Shown here piece after piece: positions 27,060 to 40,530 of a stretch of 64,000 nt of DNA. The notes under the pieces were generated by a model, which worked only from the letters and a program-made list of their open reading frames with translations, was not told the origin of the DNA and searched no databases. Position numbers and translations under genes: made by a program. The stretch is from Lama guanicoe (Eukaryota), in assembly GCA_013239625.1 (NCBI GenBank), contig MU053629.1:1701567-1765566 (forward strand), read 5' to 3'. Position 1 is the first letter of the stretch; each line of letters begins with the position of its first letter.

Positions 27060-27230
27060 TATAGAGTCAAAAGACCCAGGTTTGACTTCCAGCTCTGCTA
27101 CTTTCAGCAAATCACGTGACTCTGAGCCTCAGTTTCCTTGTGTGTAACACAGACAGAAGAATATCTCAATCTGACCAGGTTACAATGAGAAAGAAATGAG
27201 ACAAGTATGTGAAAGTGCTAAGTAAACTCT
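27060..27230. mobile_element. MIR SINE
   Basis: ggtttgacttccagctctgctac...ctctgagcctcagtttccttgtgtgtaa. Confidence 0.65.
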
Positions 27231-29117
27231 AATTCTCCATGAATGAGAATTATTATTTCTTTCCAGCCACTGGTCACCACATCTGGATCCTGGTCTTCAT
27301 TTTTGAATCCCAGTGTATTCTTAAATCTGATTCAGCCCCAGTGAACCCCATCCTCAGATCCCAGCTTAAAAATAGATAGTACTGGGGAGAACTGGGGCAG
27401 CTGGAAGGCAGGGTCCCCAGGTGGTGCCAGCATCCAGGAAGGCAGAAAAAAAAGACCTCGGGACACAGTCACCCAAGGTCAGGGCAAACAGGGGACCAGA
27501 TATCCAGGAAACCAAAATAGAGTGAAGATATATAAGGTTACCAGAAGTTGGAGCAAACAGTAAGTTATGATTCCAAGCCAGAGAGATGAGGGTAAGGAGC
27601 AAAAATTTACCAAAAGCCAGGTGGGCAGCACATCGGGAACTAGGTGGGAAGCAAGGAGTGAGAGGCACGCGGGATCAGCAGCCAAGCCAGCCCCGGGCAG
27701 GTGGAGACTCGGGAGCAGACAGAAACATCGGCACAAACCTGCAAACACAAGAGCGCCCAGAGCCATTGAAATGGCCTTTTCTTCCAGCCAGTGAGCCAAA
27801 CCCGCTTCTAGTGAACCCGTTTCTCCTCTCTGATCATGTTGCCCATACCTTTCTAATTTCCTGATGGTTTTAAAATTTATTTGAGGTATGGAACCCTCTC
27901 TCCCAAAAATCTTGCACAGAAGCCAATATGAAAAACAGATAAAAAGCAGTGCGTCTTCTGGGGGAGAGGCACTCAGAACCCCCCCCTACTCAGGGCCCAC
28001 CCATATGACGCCTAAAGAGCTTCATGGAACCCCAAGGGCTCCAAGGAACACAGTTTGAGAAGTACACTCTGTACTATGGACATATGCTCTTTGATGATCC
28101 CAAAGCAATTTCAAACTGTAAAAAAAAAAGGGGGGAGGGGAGGAGAAATAGAAAACACTGATAAGATCATTCTTAAAATTATTATCTAGTCTTTAAGAAG
28201 TTACTCCAACCAAGTCAAGTTCAAGGTCAACAGTAAGTAATACACATAGAATAAGCATCAGGAGCCAGAAGTTTCCAGGGAGCTGAACCTTGACCTCCAA
28301 ATGGCCCCTGTCCACGAAGTCACAGGTGTCTGCCCGTGCTGGCCCGTGGCAGCTGCTTCCACAGTTTAGCTCATTCAGTTCCCTGCCTCTCAGACTAATT
28401 TCCTTCCTCTGACTTTTCTTTTTCTTTTCTTTTTTTTTTTTTTTTTTTTAATTCCTAAAGTACGAAAAGAAGGAATCGTTGAGCACAGCCAAGTCGAGCT
28501 GAGGTATGATTACTTCTTGGAACTGACTTTTAAGCATAAGCACATTTTGATGCTCTTGTCAAATGAACATGAGTCCACGAGTCCAAGGCCTGAAATAAAT
28601 TAGGCTCAGTTTAAGTTGGACTTGGCTATTCAGAGAAAGCTTTTCACTAAAAACTTAGCTCAGTGGCCTCTGGTATCTCCCTTAGTCTAGATTCTAGATT
28701 CCAGACACTGACACAAGGTAGGTTATTGTGGCTTGAAGTGTTGGTCTTGGAAGAGACCACCCACTACCCACCATCCACCCCGCTGCCCATCTAGTCACCA
28801 AGCCACCCCCGCCCACCTACCTAACTGCCCATTCACAATCCACCCATTCACTAATTTACTCCTCCATCCCTCATGTATCAGTCTGTGTCCTACATGCTAT
28901 AAACAGGACACACTCCACAACTTGAAGGGCTCACAGGCAACTGGGGAGATCAGACAAACACTCATGGAAAAAGAAATACGGCATGCACGTGTAGAAACAG
29001 CTGCCTCAGGGTCAAGTGCACAGGAAGCACTAAGCGCTGCTGCAGTTCAGCAGGGGGCAGAAGTATCAGCCGAGGGTATCGGGGAAGCCTTAAGGAGCAG
29101 GTGGGATTTGAACCAGG

Positions 29118-29634
29118 TGTGGCAGTATAGGACCAGGCCACCCAAGATGGTTGTTCTCTTGCTCTTGGTACATCCCCTGATGGACAAGTCCCTGCCTTGC
29201 CTACACCCTACTCACCTAACTGACCTTCCTTTTTAACCATAGAGCCTAATCCATAAATGCCTGCAGACTTGCTCCCAGCCCCAGCTAGTGTCTGGGCTAA
29301 TCTTTAGTTCTGAACATCTCCACCATGATAGCTTATCAAAGGGGCAGTGAGGGGCAAGTTCCTCTCCAGGTTTCCCTGGAAACCGATGAGCCAACCTGAT
29401 GTCAGTTCCCTCTATAACTGGTAACCTCCCTCTCCCCCAGGGAGCGAAGACTGCGGCCACATCCTGCCTGCCGTCTGCCGCACACCGTGGGGTGTTGCTC
29501 CAGGACCTTGCTTCTGATATGTAAGCTCCCCCATCCATTAAACCACTGATGTCTGTTGCTGACTCTGGGCTCCTTCCTTGGCCTTGAGGCTGGGCAAGCA
29601 CAGGGCTTGATGGCCTGAGGGGTGCAGCCCAACA
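29118..29634 (+). mobile_element. Solo LTR, ERVL/MER74-like
   Basis: TG...CA termini (tgtggcagtat ... ggggtgcagcccaaca), TATA-like ctataa near 29412 and poly(A) signal attaaa near 29537. The left boundary is approximate. Confidence 0.6.
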
Positions 29635-31469
29635 GGCAGGAAAAGCTGGATTCAGATGGGCAAAGGGGAATCAGCTTGCCGCAGATGGAGAAGCAGGGAG
29701 TGATACACAAATGCTTTATTCTGTGCAGGCCCCAAGTCACCACCTGCCCACCTCACTTCCTCCCAGTCAAGTGGCCACTTTCTCGAGGAAGCACAGCAGG
29801 AAGCTGAACCTGCCCTTTTCTCTCCTCTTTCTGAGGGTGGAGGGAAAGGACAAGAGGTCAGTAGCTAACGACTGCATGGGTTGGGCTTCCTTCTCACCAG
29901 CTCAGTTCCTGACAATCAGAGGAACATTCGATTGATGAAAGAACTTCAGCAGAACAGGTCAGCTCACTTGACCCTTGAAATGCCAGCCAGTTGGCCTTCA
30001 CAGCCTGGGCAGAGCCCAGGTGGCTGGACCATAACGAATGTGGCCTGTAGCGTGAGCTCACGCTGCAGAGCAAGAAAGGGACTACACGGGAAGACAGAAA
30101 AATCCAGGATGGTTGAGGTTCTGCTGTTACTGAGTGGGGACAAGGCCATCCCTCATAAAACGGTAACTGAACAGCTTGCCTTCTGTATCACCTCTCTCCC
30201 AACTTACCGACCCCTCTCACGCCGAGAGTTCTGTACCCTGCCTCTCTCCTGGGAACTGTGCATCTCCCATGGCCCACATCTGCTGGGGATCCTTTCCATA
30301 ATTTATCCATAATTTACATAAAGTGACAGAGGATCCAAAGGGTTAACCTGTCCCCACGGCAAAGTAACATATTCACATTTTAGCAACATCCTCAGGCAAG
30401 AGGGGCTTTAACGGTGGCAAGTTTAGGCACACGTTGGGCAAGTGGGGACAGACTACTGGGAGATAAAAAAGGTCTTTCCACTTTCCTAAAATTCACACCA
30501 AAAAGGCAGCCCTGCAAAGGACTGACTGTGTGTGTCTGCATCTGTAAATGTGGGTTTGCCAAAATCATAACCAATTATTTCTTGTCAACTCTCTTCTGTC
30601 CACCTGGATCTTAATGGCCAAGGGATTCTTGTTGCAATGTCTTCGCTGATAGACACAACTCATAGCCATCTAGGTTGGGTACTCTCTGTTTCTCAGGATT
30701 TCTGTGAGTTTTTTATCCCAAGTTTGCTTCCTCGCCATTACTTGACAATGCCCCAGATCACCTCTCTCAGACTCAGGGCTGGAAATGGAGAAGACCACCA
30801 AATCGTAGGCAGAGCCCAGGGTTCAGAATCCTGGCTCTATCACCAATTTCCAAGTCCCCTTCTGTCTCAGGGCCTCAGTTTCCTCATCAGAAAACCGGTG
30901 GGCTGGACCAAAACGTCTCTCTCAGGTCCCCACCCCCATCCCAGATCACCCTCTGAGGGTTCCCTGAGGCAGATCAGGGTGTCACATGTATCTCCCAGTC
31001 TGAGACATACAGGGTGATTTCTGGATTTCCCGCTGCACAAGATCCAGCCACAGGTTCAAGCTTCTGAGATTTATCAGTCCCATGTTAACCAACTAAATTT
31101 CCAAAGAGAGATTGGGATCAGGGCCTTGGGCAAGAAGATCTCAGACACATTCAGCAAGAGGCCCCTGAACCGTCTTCACAGCCAGCAAAATGCTGAACAT
31201 ACCAAATGGCAGAGATAAGTCTATTACAAATGACTGAGGCATTCACCTTAACCACCAACCAGCCTGTAAGAGCCTGGGGGCTTAGAACTCCCTGCTCATC
31301 TGCGTAACTCTCACAGAGCCTGCCCAGCACTGAGCACAAAGCAGGCATTCTGCCAGTGTTTGTCAAATGGGAGAGCTAAACTGAGGCAGCAGGAAGTGAA
31401 GGACCTGTCACTCAGAGCCAGCCCTCCATACAGCCCCAGCGCCTCCCTGGCAGACTCGCTGAAAAAAGA

Positions 31470-32330
31470 ACACGTTCTTGATACTGTTTATTACAAAAGG
31501 AACATGTTCATTATTTTTTAAAAAGCACAAAGAGGAAGCTTCCTGAGACAACCATTGTTATCATTTTGGTGTCTGCTCTCTTGGATTTTTTTTTTCAATG
31601 CCTACTACAGTCTTTTTTGTTTGTTTGTTCATTTTTTAAAATGTTAACTGGGATGATACCACATGTGTGATTTTGGAAACTGCTTTATATAATATATCAT
31701 GAACATTTACTCACACAGTTAAAAATTCTTTTACTACTTGATTTTAAATAATATGCCACCATACAGATTAACCATGGTTTTTAAAGCAAACTCTTAATTT
31801 TGGACATTTATATTACTTCTAATTTTTAATATAATTAAATACACTGTTACAGATGCTCTTATATACAAATCTTTGTGTACCTCCCTGATTATCCTTCCTG
31901 AAGGTTAAAAGTTATGTACATTTTTAAGGTTTTTGATACTTGATAAATTATCTTCCAGAAAGACTATCCCAGTAATACTTCTAACAGCCATAAATATCAT
32001 CATCCCTTGCTCCCCACCCCACACACATTTCACCAAATATTAGCTCTTTATAACTTTCAGCTTTACCATTTTGATACTTGAAAGATGACATCTCACTGTT
32101 TTAGCTTCAATTAAATTTATTAACTTGCAGTTGATTACTAGTAAAGACGAACATCTTTTCCCATGTTTGTTGGCACTCTGAACCGCCATACACACACACG
32201 CACACACACACACACATAAATGCTCTGCTTATTTATCCAATGGGGTGTTTGCTTTTTTCTTACTGTCGGTAAAAGCTTTTTACATATTTGTGACATGAAC
32301 CCTTTGTGTGTATGTTGCAAATATTTGCCC
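31470..32330 (-). mobile_element. Ancient L1 (L1ME-like) remnant with (CA)n at about 32189-32216
   Basis: tggacatttatattacttctaatttt, aaattatcttccagaaagact, atgttgcaaatattt. Confidence 0.65.
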
Positions 32331-32978
32331 TGATTGTACTGTCTAAGGAGGAGCTTTAGGTCTCTTGTAGCATCTGAGGGTGTTAATAAGATTTCTCCCC
32401 TTTACCTTTCCTCTTATCTGTCACTAGGCTGTGCCTTAGGACCACTCTGAAGGGAAGTACCTTGGGCCTTGTGACCTTGTTGGTCTAGGCACTCAATCCA
32501 GGCAAAATCTTCAAACTCACTGCACAGGCAGTCCCTCACCCCCTACACCTGGCTCTTTCCTCAGATCACCTCTCTCTTCCTCCCGGTGAGGTCCCTCCTG
32601 CTGGCTGACTGCAGGAAAAGATGGCATCGGGGGGTGAGCCGGTCTTGCTGCAGAGTGGGCCTGATGCCCCAGGGTGGGCTATAGCTGCTGGGGTGACCAG
32701 CACCACAGACCCACTTTAGAGATGCAGAAAGCATCTCCCCTGCTCCCAAATTATCCGTTATGCTGTCCATTGTCCTTTGTAACAGGACATACGGGATGGC
32801 TTTCTTTCAGAAATTAGTACCATGAAGAAGTCTGTCTACCCTGAAAAACCGATACCCTTCCTCATTTCAGATAATGAAAATGATGTAATCGGTCTTACTT
32901 CCCTTTTGTCATTTTGATGGTCAGTGACAACAACTATGACAGCCCAGATCTTGGGTGTATTTCCTTCATCCTTCCTTC

Positions 32979-33050
32979 GGTTCTCAAACTTGGTTCTCAA
33001 ACTTGGGGGTGTAGCAGAATCATCTGGGGAGCTTGTGAAATGCCCAGAAC
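32979..33050. mobile_element. MER5A fragment with a tandemly duplicated terminus (ggttctcaaactt x2)
   Basis: ggttctcaaacttggttctcaaacttgg...agaatcatctggggagcttgtgaaat. Confidence 0.65.
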
Positions 33051-34079
33051 GTATCACAGAATTGATATATCATCATCTTTTGGAGTTCATGTGTCTTCTG
33101 ATCGCCTACCTTTATATTCAGATTTTATGTGTCTAGTATTACATGTTGCCTCAAGTCCTTAACATACATGTGCAAGAGGAACTACCTATGAGTGGTTCTG
33201 TGTTGCCATCGCTCAGTGCGGAAAAAGAGAGTGAGCTGCAAAGCATGCCTGTGAAGGCAGAATTCGGACTCTTTCACAGGTGGCAAAGGAGGCACCAAAC
33301 TGTTACAGGTGCTTGTCCAAGGCAGGACCACCCAAACAGCCATTTACAGTCCACCCCAGTGGCCAAGTTGGTTGACTGAAGAGCAGAAGGCATTTCCCAT
33401 GGGAATAAACTGCTGCCGTTCCCACCCAGGCCCCACGTTCACAGGTGGCCCATTCTGTCATCCCCGCCCTCAGAGGGATTTGACTTTAGCTCTGCATCCG
33501 TCCTCCCGAGACCCACAGTGCTACAGGGTGGGGCAGGGTAGAGAGAACAGGTCCAAGTCCTCATAGAAGCCGATTTCTGTCCCAACTCTCTGCCCACCCA
33601 TCCCCGTCTCCCCAGCAGAAGCCAGAGCCTCTGTTGGGCAAGCGGCTCCGAGTTGCAGCTGCGCCACCTCCGCTGTCATCACCTGCTCCAATTAGCAGTT
33701 CCCAGGCGCCCTCGGAGCTGCCACCCCTTCCCGGTTCCTCTAAGTCTACTCTAAGTCATTACGGGATTTGACGGTGCCTAGCAGGTTAGGTTTCCTTCCA
33801 GCCTAATTGTGATGATCTATTTTTCCTCTGTCTACCCAAACTGAATCTAGAATACTGCCCGCCCTCTAACATGGCCTCATCCCTCTAGAAGCCCACCTGC
33901 CAGGCCTCCCTCACCAGCTGCCTCGGGGTAGCCTCGTCCTTGCCCACAAGGTCAACGCCGGCATCCCAAAGGGGCAGAGGTTAACCATCAGTGCTCTGAA
34001 GGGGCAAGGAGCTCAGGTCTGGGAAGGACGCCGGGATAACCCCAACCCGGATCTGTTATCAGCAGGCTCTGGAAACGGG

Positions 34080-34380
34080 TGAGTTTCTTAACCTTTCTGT
34101 GCCCCTGTTTCTTCATCAGTAAGATGGGGGTGACAACCATCTCACAGGTAGTGCTGTGGATTAAACGCGTTGATACATGGAAGTGCCCAGAACAGCATGT
34201 GGCATACAGGAAACACGGATAAATAGGAATTAAGTTTTAGATCTCCAGGCTTCAGTTTCCTCACCTGGAAAATGAAAATAACACACATAACTTGCAGGAC
34301 TACTGAGAAATTTTAATTAGAGAAATGTGAGAACCTTTAGCACAGAACCGGCATCTACTTGGTGCTCAGTGAGTAATTTC
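34080..34380. mobile_element. Two adjacent MIR fragments
   Basis: tgtttcttcatcagtaagatgggg and cttcagtttcctcacctggaaaatg. Confidence 0.65.
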
Positions 34381-37176
34381 AGGAAGATGAAGGATGGATA
34401 AATCAGACAATGAATATCATGGTTCAGAGCAGAAGTTTTCATCTATGATCACAGGCTGCCCTTTCCTCCCCCTCAATATCCCAGAAATCACCTCCACCCT
34501 CAGAGAAACAGGCCCACAGAGCAGTCAGGGGCCCCCCCACGGGGCCCAGACTGCCCAGACCTCATTCCTGCCTTATCTTGAGAGCTGGCAGGTCCGGCAC
34601 TCCCTCCAGAGCAGAGTGAGAAGCCAGGATGTGTCCCAACACATCAGGGGCCAGGATAGCCGGAGGACAGACTGTCTCCCTCAGCCCTCCTGCCACCCCA
34701 CTGTCCCCTCCAGGGCAGGGACTCCGTAGGGTCTCCTGTCAGGCTGGGTCTGGATGGCAAGGCTCATGTATGCACAGAGAAGGGTCCCCACATAAGCAGA
34801 GCTCTCTGCCTGGGTCCCTGGGTCTCTTCTGGGTAGGCAGACCCAGGGGCAATGACAGGAAGCCCAGCCGGGAGCAGCTGAGGGGACCATGACCATAACA
34901 ACAGGTGTCCTCTGTGTGCAGGACTCAGAGTCTAGCACAGTTCTCACTGCCCTGGGCTATTCTGACTGTAACTTGCCTGAATCCCACCCCTGCACCCCTG
35001 CGGCTGCCAGCTCCTACAAGGCAGGGATGGCTCTGCATCGCTTTCTCTGATGCTTTTGGCATCTCGAAGTGCTCAATATGTATGTGGTGAATACATGAGT
35101 CCTGGGTACAGGCCCTGGGAACACAAAGATGCAGTCTCTGCACCTAGGACTCCCAAGATGTGCCCCTTTCATGTAAGAACCACCAAGTACTTGCAGAAGG
35201 CACCCCAACAAACCTCTTTTCTAAATTACACATTCGGTGCACCTTCTCTCATGTGCTCTTTAAGGCAGAGTTGTTTTGTGGATCTTCTTCTTACCTCCCA
35301 GGACACAGCCTCACACAGGGTGCACAGTAGGCACTTTGACACAGACTAAATTCGGCTCAGGAGCGTGAGCACCCTGCTGCAAACCCGCTCAGTCCCTCTC
35401 TGTTCTGTAAGGAGTTTCCCCGTGGATCCCAGAGGTAAGGCACAAAGCAATTTGGTCAGAATTCCCTTTCCTCTTCAGCCCAGAAACTAGGGGACCAAGC
35501 TGGGGCTGGGTGTCAGGATGAATCACAGGCTAGATGTCAGCCCCAAGTCTTCCCAGGACACAGGGGGAACTGGGAGGGTCAGTCCTGCCCGCAAAGCTAC
35601 CAACAGCTGCTTCTCATGGAATTGCAGGGTCAAACCACAGGGGAGAGGAAGGACCCTTTTCACCGTGGAGGAAACATTCAGAGCTTGCCCGAGGTCACAG
35701 AGCAGTTCACAGCACAGCAGCTTGAGACTCCAGGTCTCTCAACACCACTATGGCAAGGAGCTCCATATTTTTCTAGTAGCAAAGCGCTTTTTCTTTTCAT
35801 TATTTATTTTCAACTTTTTTTAGCAAATTACTATGCATGAACAAGGCTAAATAAAAATGAAATTGCACAGAAGGTCGTAGAGTGGACTCAACAGCCCCCT
35901 GCTCCATTCCTCTCCTGCCCCAGCTCTGCTCACCGGAGACAATCACTTTTAAGCCTTCTCATATTTAAGATCACCTTTTTCAAAGAAATCTTACACGGGA
36001 GTTTAAAATACAAAATAGATCAAAGGGGAACCATGCAAAGCACTTGATTAATACAACCATGCATGTGCGCACGCACATGTCTACACACACAACACAGCCC
36101 TGAGGTCTGCACCATAGGACTCAATGTGAAAACCACACCACGACAGCAAACTTCCCCTTACATCACAGCCTCTTGCTTTTACTGGTGGCCTGCTGTGGAA
36201 GCAGAGGGAACCTTCCCCCCTGAACAGACACACCTGCACCAGGGATACCTGGATTTTGTCCCCACAGCCCCTCCTGCACCCACAATCCTAGGCTCTTGAG
36301 GTGTCACCATCTATAGTAAAAGAGACCTTGACAAAGCCTCAGGTTTCCCTAAGGCTTAGGCTCCTACTGGAGGGAGAGAAGCGGGGAGAAACCCACGTGT
36401 GTCACAGCCCATAAGAACTCGAATAAGCTCATTGGGTTAGCAGTCGTGTATAACTTAATATGAATTCGTTGGATTAGATTGCTTTCCAGCTACAGGCAGA
36501 ATTCAGCTATGCTGGGGGAAAAAGGACACTTTGACGTCATAGGAGGAGAAGGGATGCTGTTGGGGTGAAGAGAGCTGAGGTACTTAGGGAGATACAGAAC
36601 AAGAGGGACCTGCAGGGGAGGTCTCTGGGGCGCTAGAAGGCAGCATGGGGCACCCAGAGTTGGCAAGCTGGCAAAAAAAGGGAGGGGCGGCGGGAGCCCT
36701 CTCTGATTGCTTACTCCTCCATCCTTCCCTTCTTCCAAACACTAAGTCAACAGTCTTCAGCCACCTCCACTACTGGCAAAAAAAAACCCAAAAAACCAGT
36801 TCTGGTCTACACTGGATTCTGCTCTGCTGCCCCACCGGGTGATGAAGGCAGGAACTGGCTCATTCCGCTATCTCTAGATCACTGTCCAGCCACGGGGAAG
36901 TGCAGCTTGCCACCTAGAAAGGATAGTTACCATACATGATGGGGCAATCTCCTTCCCTCCTTCTCCTTCGCCCAGGCACCCACAATGTATATTTTCTCCC
37001 TCCAAAATTCAGAGCAAATACCAGCCCAGGAAGACAGTGGCCTCCTGCAGGTGGCGATGGGAAGAAAGTGGGGGCAATCACAGCTCCCAACACAAGCTTC
37101 CTGAAAATCTCCCTCCTGGGCCCCCTGGCTGCACCTCCTCTCCTCTCTTCATCACTGGACCTTGTACCCCTGAGAA

Positions 37177-37336
37177 CACTGCTCCTCAAAGTGTGATCCT
37201 TGGACCATTGATTTCACCTGGGAGTTTGTCAGAAAAGCAGATTCTCAGACCCCATCCCTGCACTACTGAGTCAGAATCTGCATGTTAAGATGACTGACAG
37301 GTGATTCATGTATATATTAAAGTTTGAGAAATGCTG
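37177..37336. mobile_element. MER5A/MER5A1 hAT element
   Basis: ctcaaagtgtgatcc...cacctgggagtttgtcagaaaagcagattctcagacccc...aagtttgagaaatgctg. Confidence 0.8.
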
Positions 37337-38418
37337 TTTTAGAAACTGCTACAGCAAACCCCCCATCCACTACTTAACGGAATCTGGGGTACCCAAAAAT
37401 TCACTCCAAATTCTCTTAGCTTTTGGACCTTCTTGCTGGAAATCTGGACCCATGAGACTTTTCATATCTTAGAAAAGGCAGTATAATGAGCAAACACAAA
37501 TGAATAAATATATGTTGAATGTCTCCTTCTGTGAACAATAAGTAACTCTTGACAAGTAGCATTTTGGTTTACAAAGTGGTTTTATGTGAGTTCTGTTTCA
37601 TACTCACCAGATCCCTAGGGGGCCCCCAGGGACAGGTATCACTGAGCACTCTTACAGAGGAGGAGCCAAGCTCAGGGGCCTTGGAGAGGGGCACAAACAG
37701 CCTCCAACGTGGCACTTAGGATCCACATCTGGTGGAAATGTGGCAGCTCCACATGGATTAACCGCAGCATTGGAGGAAAGGGTGATCTGATTTTTTTAAT
37801 GTGTAATAACAGAGTTCATCAGAAATTCCTTTTCTATTAGGGCCTTCCTGTTGGAAACATGAATCAGCTTTACCCGCCCTAACAATGAACGATATCCTGT
37901 AGATGTGCTTTGATCAAAAATGTTTTTGAAGATTAACAGATCTTTAGAGGTCTTTAAGTTCTCTTATGTATCACTGTGTCTTCCATTGCATCTATCACAG
38001 CAATTGCACATAACTGTCAATAAACATTTTTGAATGAATGAACTGATAGATAGGTGACCCACTGGCAGATTCATAAGAACATGTCTTCTTGTTGCTCACT
38101 GGGGAGGCCTGGAAACTGAGCTGGGGTATGAGAAATTGGGGTCCTACCTGTAAAATAGAAACTAGATTGCTGATGTCATCCTGTTTTCTTTAAATCTGCC
38201 TATTTAAAAGGTCACATGCACACACACACGATTCCATTTAACAGAGGATTCCAGGTAACTGAAGTTTCATGGAGTGAGACCACAATGTGTCTGACTGTCT
38301 CCTATGGTTTGCAGTCTGGCAGAGAAGGCAATTCTCAAGAAGGAGTTTCAGAGCTCTTTCCAAAAGTGACAGGATCCTTGGAAGAGTCTCCGGTTTCTTT
38401 AAAAGCAACAACAACCAG

Positions 38419-38572
38419 TGGGGAGGATACGTAACTCAAGAGGTAGTGCACAAGCTTAGCATGCACGAGGTCCTGGGTTCAATCTCCAGTTTCTCCGCTA
38501 AACATAATAATAGTAATTAAACAAACAAACCTAATTACCTTCTCCTGCCAGAAACAAAAATAAATAAATAAA
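38419..38572 (+). mobile_element. Vic-1-like SINE (longer form with ctaattacct tail)
   Basis: gcttagcatgcacgaggtcctgggttcaatc. TSD aacaacaacca at 38407-38417 and 38573-38583. Confidence 0.85.
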
Positions 38573-38689
38573 AACAACAACCAATCACTCGTTATTTTGT
38601 ACCTATATCTTGCTCTACTTACAAAGACTTTTCACTGTTTTTTAAAAAATAATAATGAACATTTATTTCTTTCTATATTCTAGGAACAA

Positions 38690-38880
38690 TTCTAAAAAAT
38701 ATATATTAATGTGCTGAGTCCTCTTAACAACCCTATAAGGGAGGTATCATTATTGCCCCCTGTTTACAGATGAGGCTCCTGGAGCACAAAGAGAGGAAGC
38801 AATTTTCCCATCATGCAGCCAGGAGGGAGCCCAGGCAGTATCTGAACCCAAAGGGACTGGCTCTGAACCTTGACTGCCTC
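38690..38880. mobile_element. MIR SINE
   Basis: aacaaccctataagggaggtatcattattgccccctgtttacagatgagg. Confidence 0.7.
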
Positions 38881-39223
38881 ATAAAGGGTGGTGGGAAACT
38901 GGTGGGAAACTGAGTCAGGGGCCTGGGGAGAGATGATGAGATAGAAAGTCAAGATCTTGTCCATTTATAAAGCCAAGCAGGTTCAAGTATGACCCATCTG
39001 TGAACAACATCACAGTTTGCTAGGAACTCGGCCATGAGAGAGAAATCAATCTGAGTTTCTACTTCTTATTTGTCTCAACCAAAGAAAGGTCAACAGCCGA
39101 CCCCTGAACGCTCCTTTCTACCTCAGTCACAGGTGATTGTTGACTTTTAGGACAGGCCTGTATAGACAGAGCCCCTCTCCTGGGCTTCTAGAGTCACTCA
39201 TCTACTGCTGGGACGCATGATCC

Positions 39224-39267
39224 CAGGAGTCAGCTGAGCTGGGAGCAGGAGTCAGCTGAGCTGGGAG
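39224..39267. repeat. Perfect 22-bp tandem duplication caggagtcagctgagctgggag x2
   Basis: Direct comparison. Confidence 0.9.
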
Positions 39268-39839
39268 CTGGTGCCAGCTCCCTGGAAACAGCTGTCATGC
39301 TTGGGATAAGTGATCAACTCTCTTAGCCTCAGTTTCCTCTTCTGCAGATTCTGTCCTCTTAAGCTACTGAGTCAAAACTTGGAAGACCAACACTTCCAAA
39401 GGGTGTGAGATAAGTCTGCATTCATGGGAAAGTTTAGCCACAGTGCTGCGTCAGAGGCAGTCCCAAGGCTCCGGCACACACTTTGTCAACTACAAAGTAA
39501 GGTCCTTCTAGGGTGGCCAATGCTTCCAGCATTACCAGGAATCCCCTGCTTCCTTACGGATCCCTGGTAGAGGTCAACAACCAGGGTTTAACCTGTTTAC
39601 TGATTAAGAGCAACAGCATCCAATGTACAGCATATTCTCTATAGATATTCATGATATTGCTTTGTAGCAACGCAGAAAATAGTCCTGTTCTATCTTATGT
39701 TTCACTGTATTGGAGTTCACTTGGTTTACAAATATTTCAGTAAAGGCTTGTGACACTGAGGCCGAGAGACAAGACCTTACAATTAGGTTTCTGAATCAAC
39801 TTGCGGTCAAGAAGTCCCGTAAAACTTTTTATCAAATCT

Positions 39840-40530
39840 CATTAAAAACAAGGGTTTTAAACTTCAGCAATTATCAACTCAGGGCCATCTCATTTCATTT
39901 ACATTCCTACCCTACTCCCACTCCAGTGGGTTACTTTGAAGCCAATCCCAGATATCACAGTATTTCATCCAGAAACATTTCAGTATGTATGTCTCAAAGA
40001 TAAGGGCTCTTTTTTAAAAACTGTAACCACAGAACCTATCATATTTTAGAAAATAGCAATAATTCTTTTATATCTTCATTATCTAGTTGGTGCTAATATT
40101 TCTCCTATTGTGTTATAAATGTTGTTTACAGTTTGTTTCCCCAAATAAGAATCCAAATAAGGTCCATACATTGCAATTGATTGATAATGTCCCTTAAGTC
40201 TCTTTTAATCTATAGGTTCCTCTCTCTCTCTCATTTTCTTATATTTTTGCTGACAATACTAGATCTTTTGACCTAGAGTTTCCTACAGTGTGGATCTTGC
40301 TGATTGGACCCCCTATAGTGTCATTTAACATGTTCTGTTGTCCCTGGTATTTCCTATAAATTGGTGCTTGGATGGAGAGACGTGATGGGATTCAGGTTTG
40401 ATTTCTGGCAAAACTCCACAGGCGATGCTGTGTGCTTCCATGAGGAGGTATACACAGTCTGGCTGTCTCTCTCTGCGATATTAGCAGCTTTTAATCATCA
40501 ATGCCTAGATCCATTAATTCAACAGAGGGG
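39840..40530 (-). mobile_element. Old L1 (L1MC-like) 3' UTR remnant
   Basis: tactttgaagccaatcccagatatcac...atccaaataaggtccatacattgcaattg...cctagatccattaattca. Confidence 0.7.
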
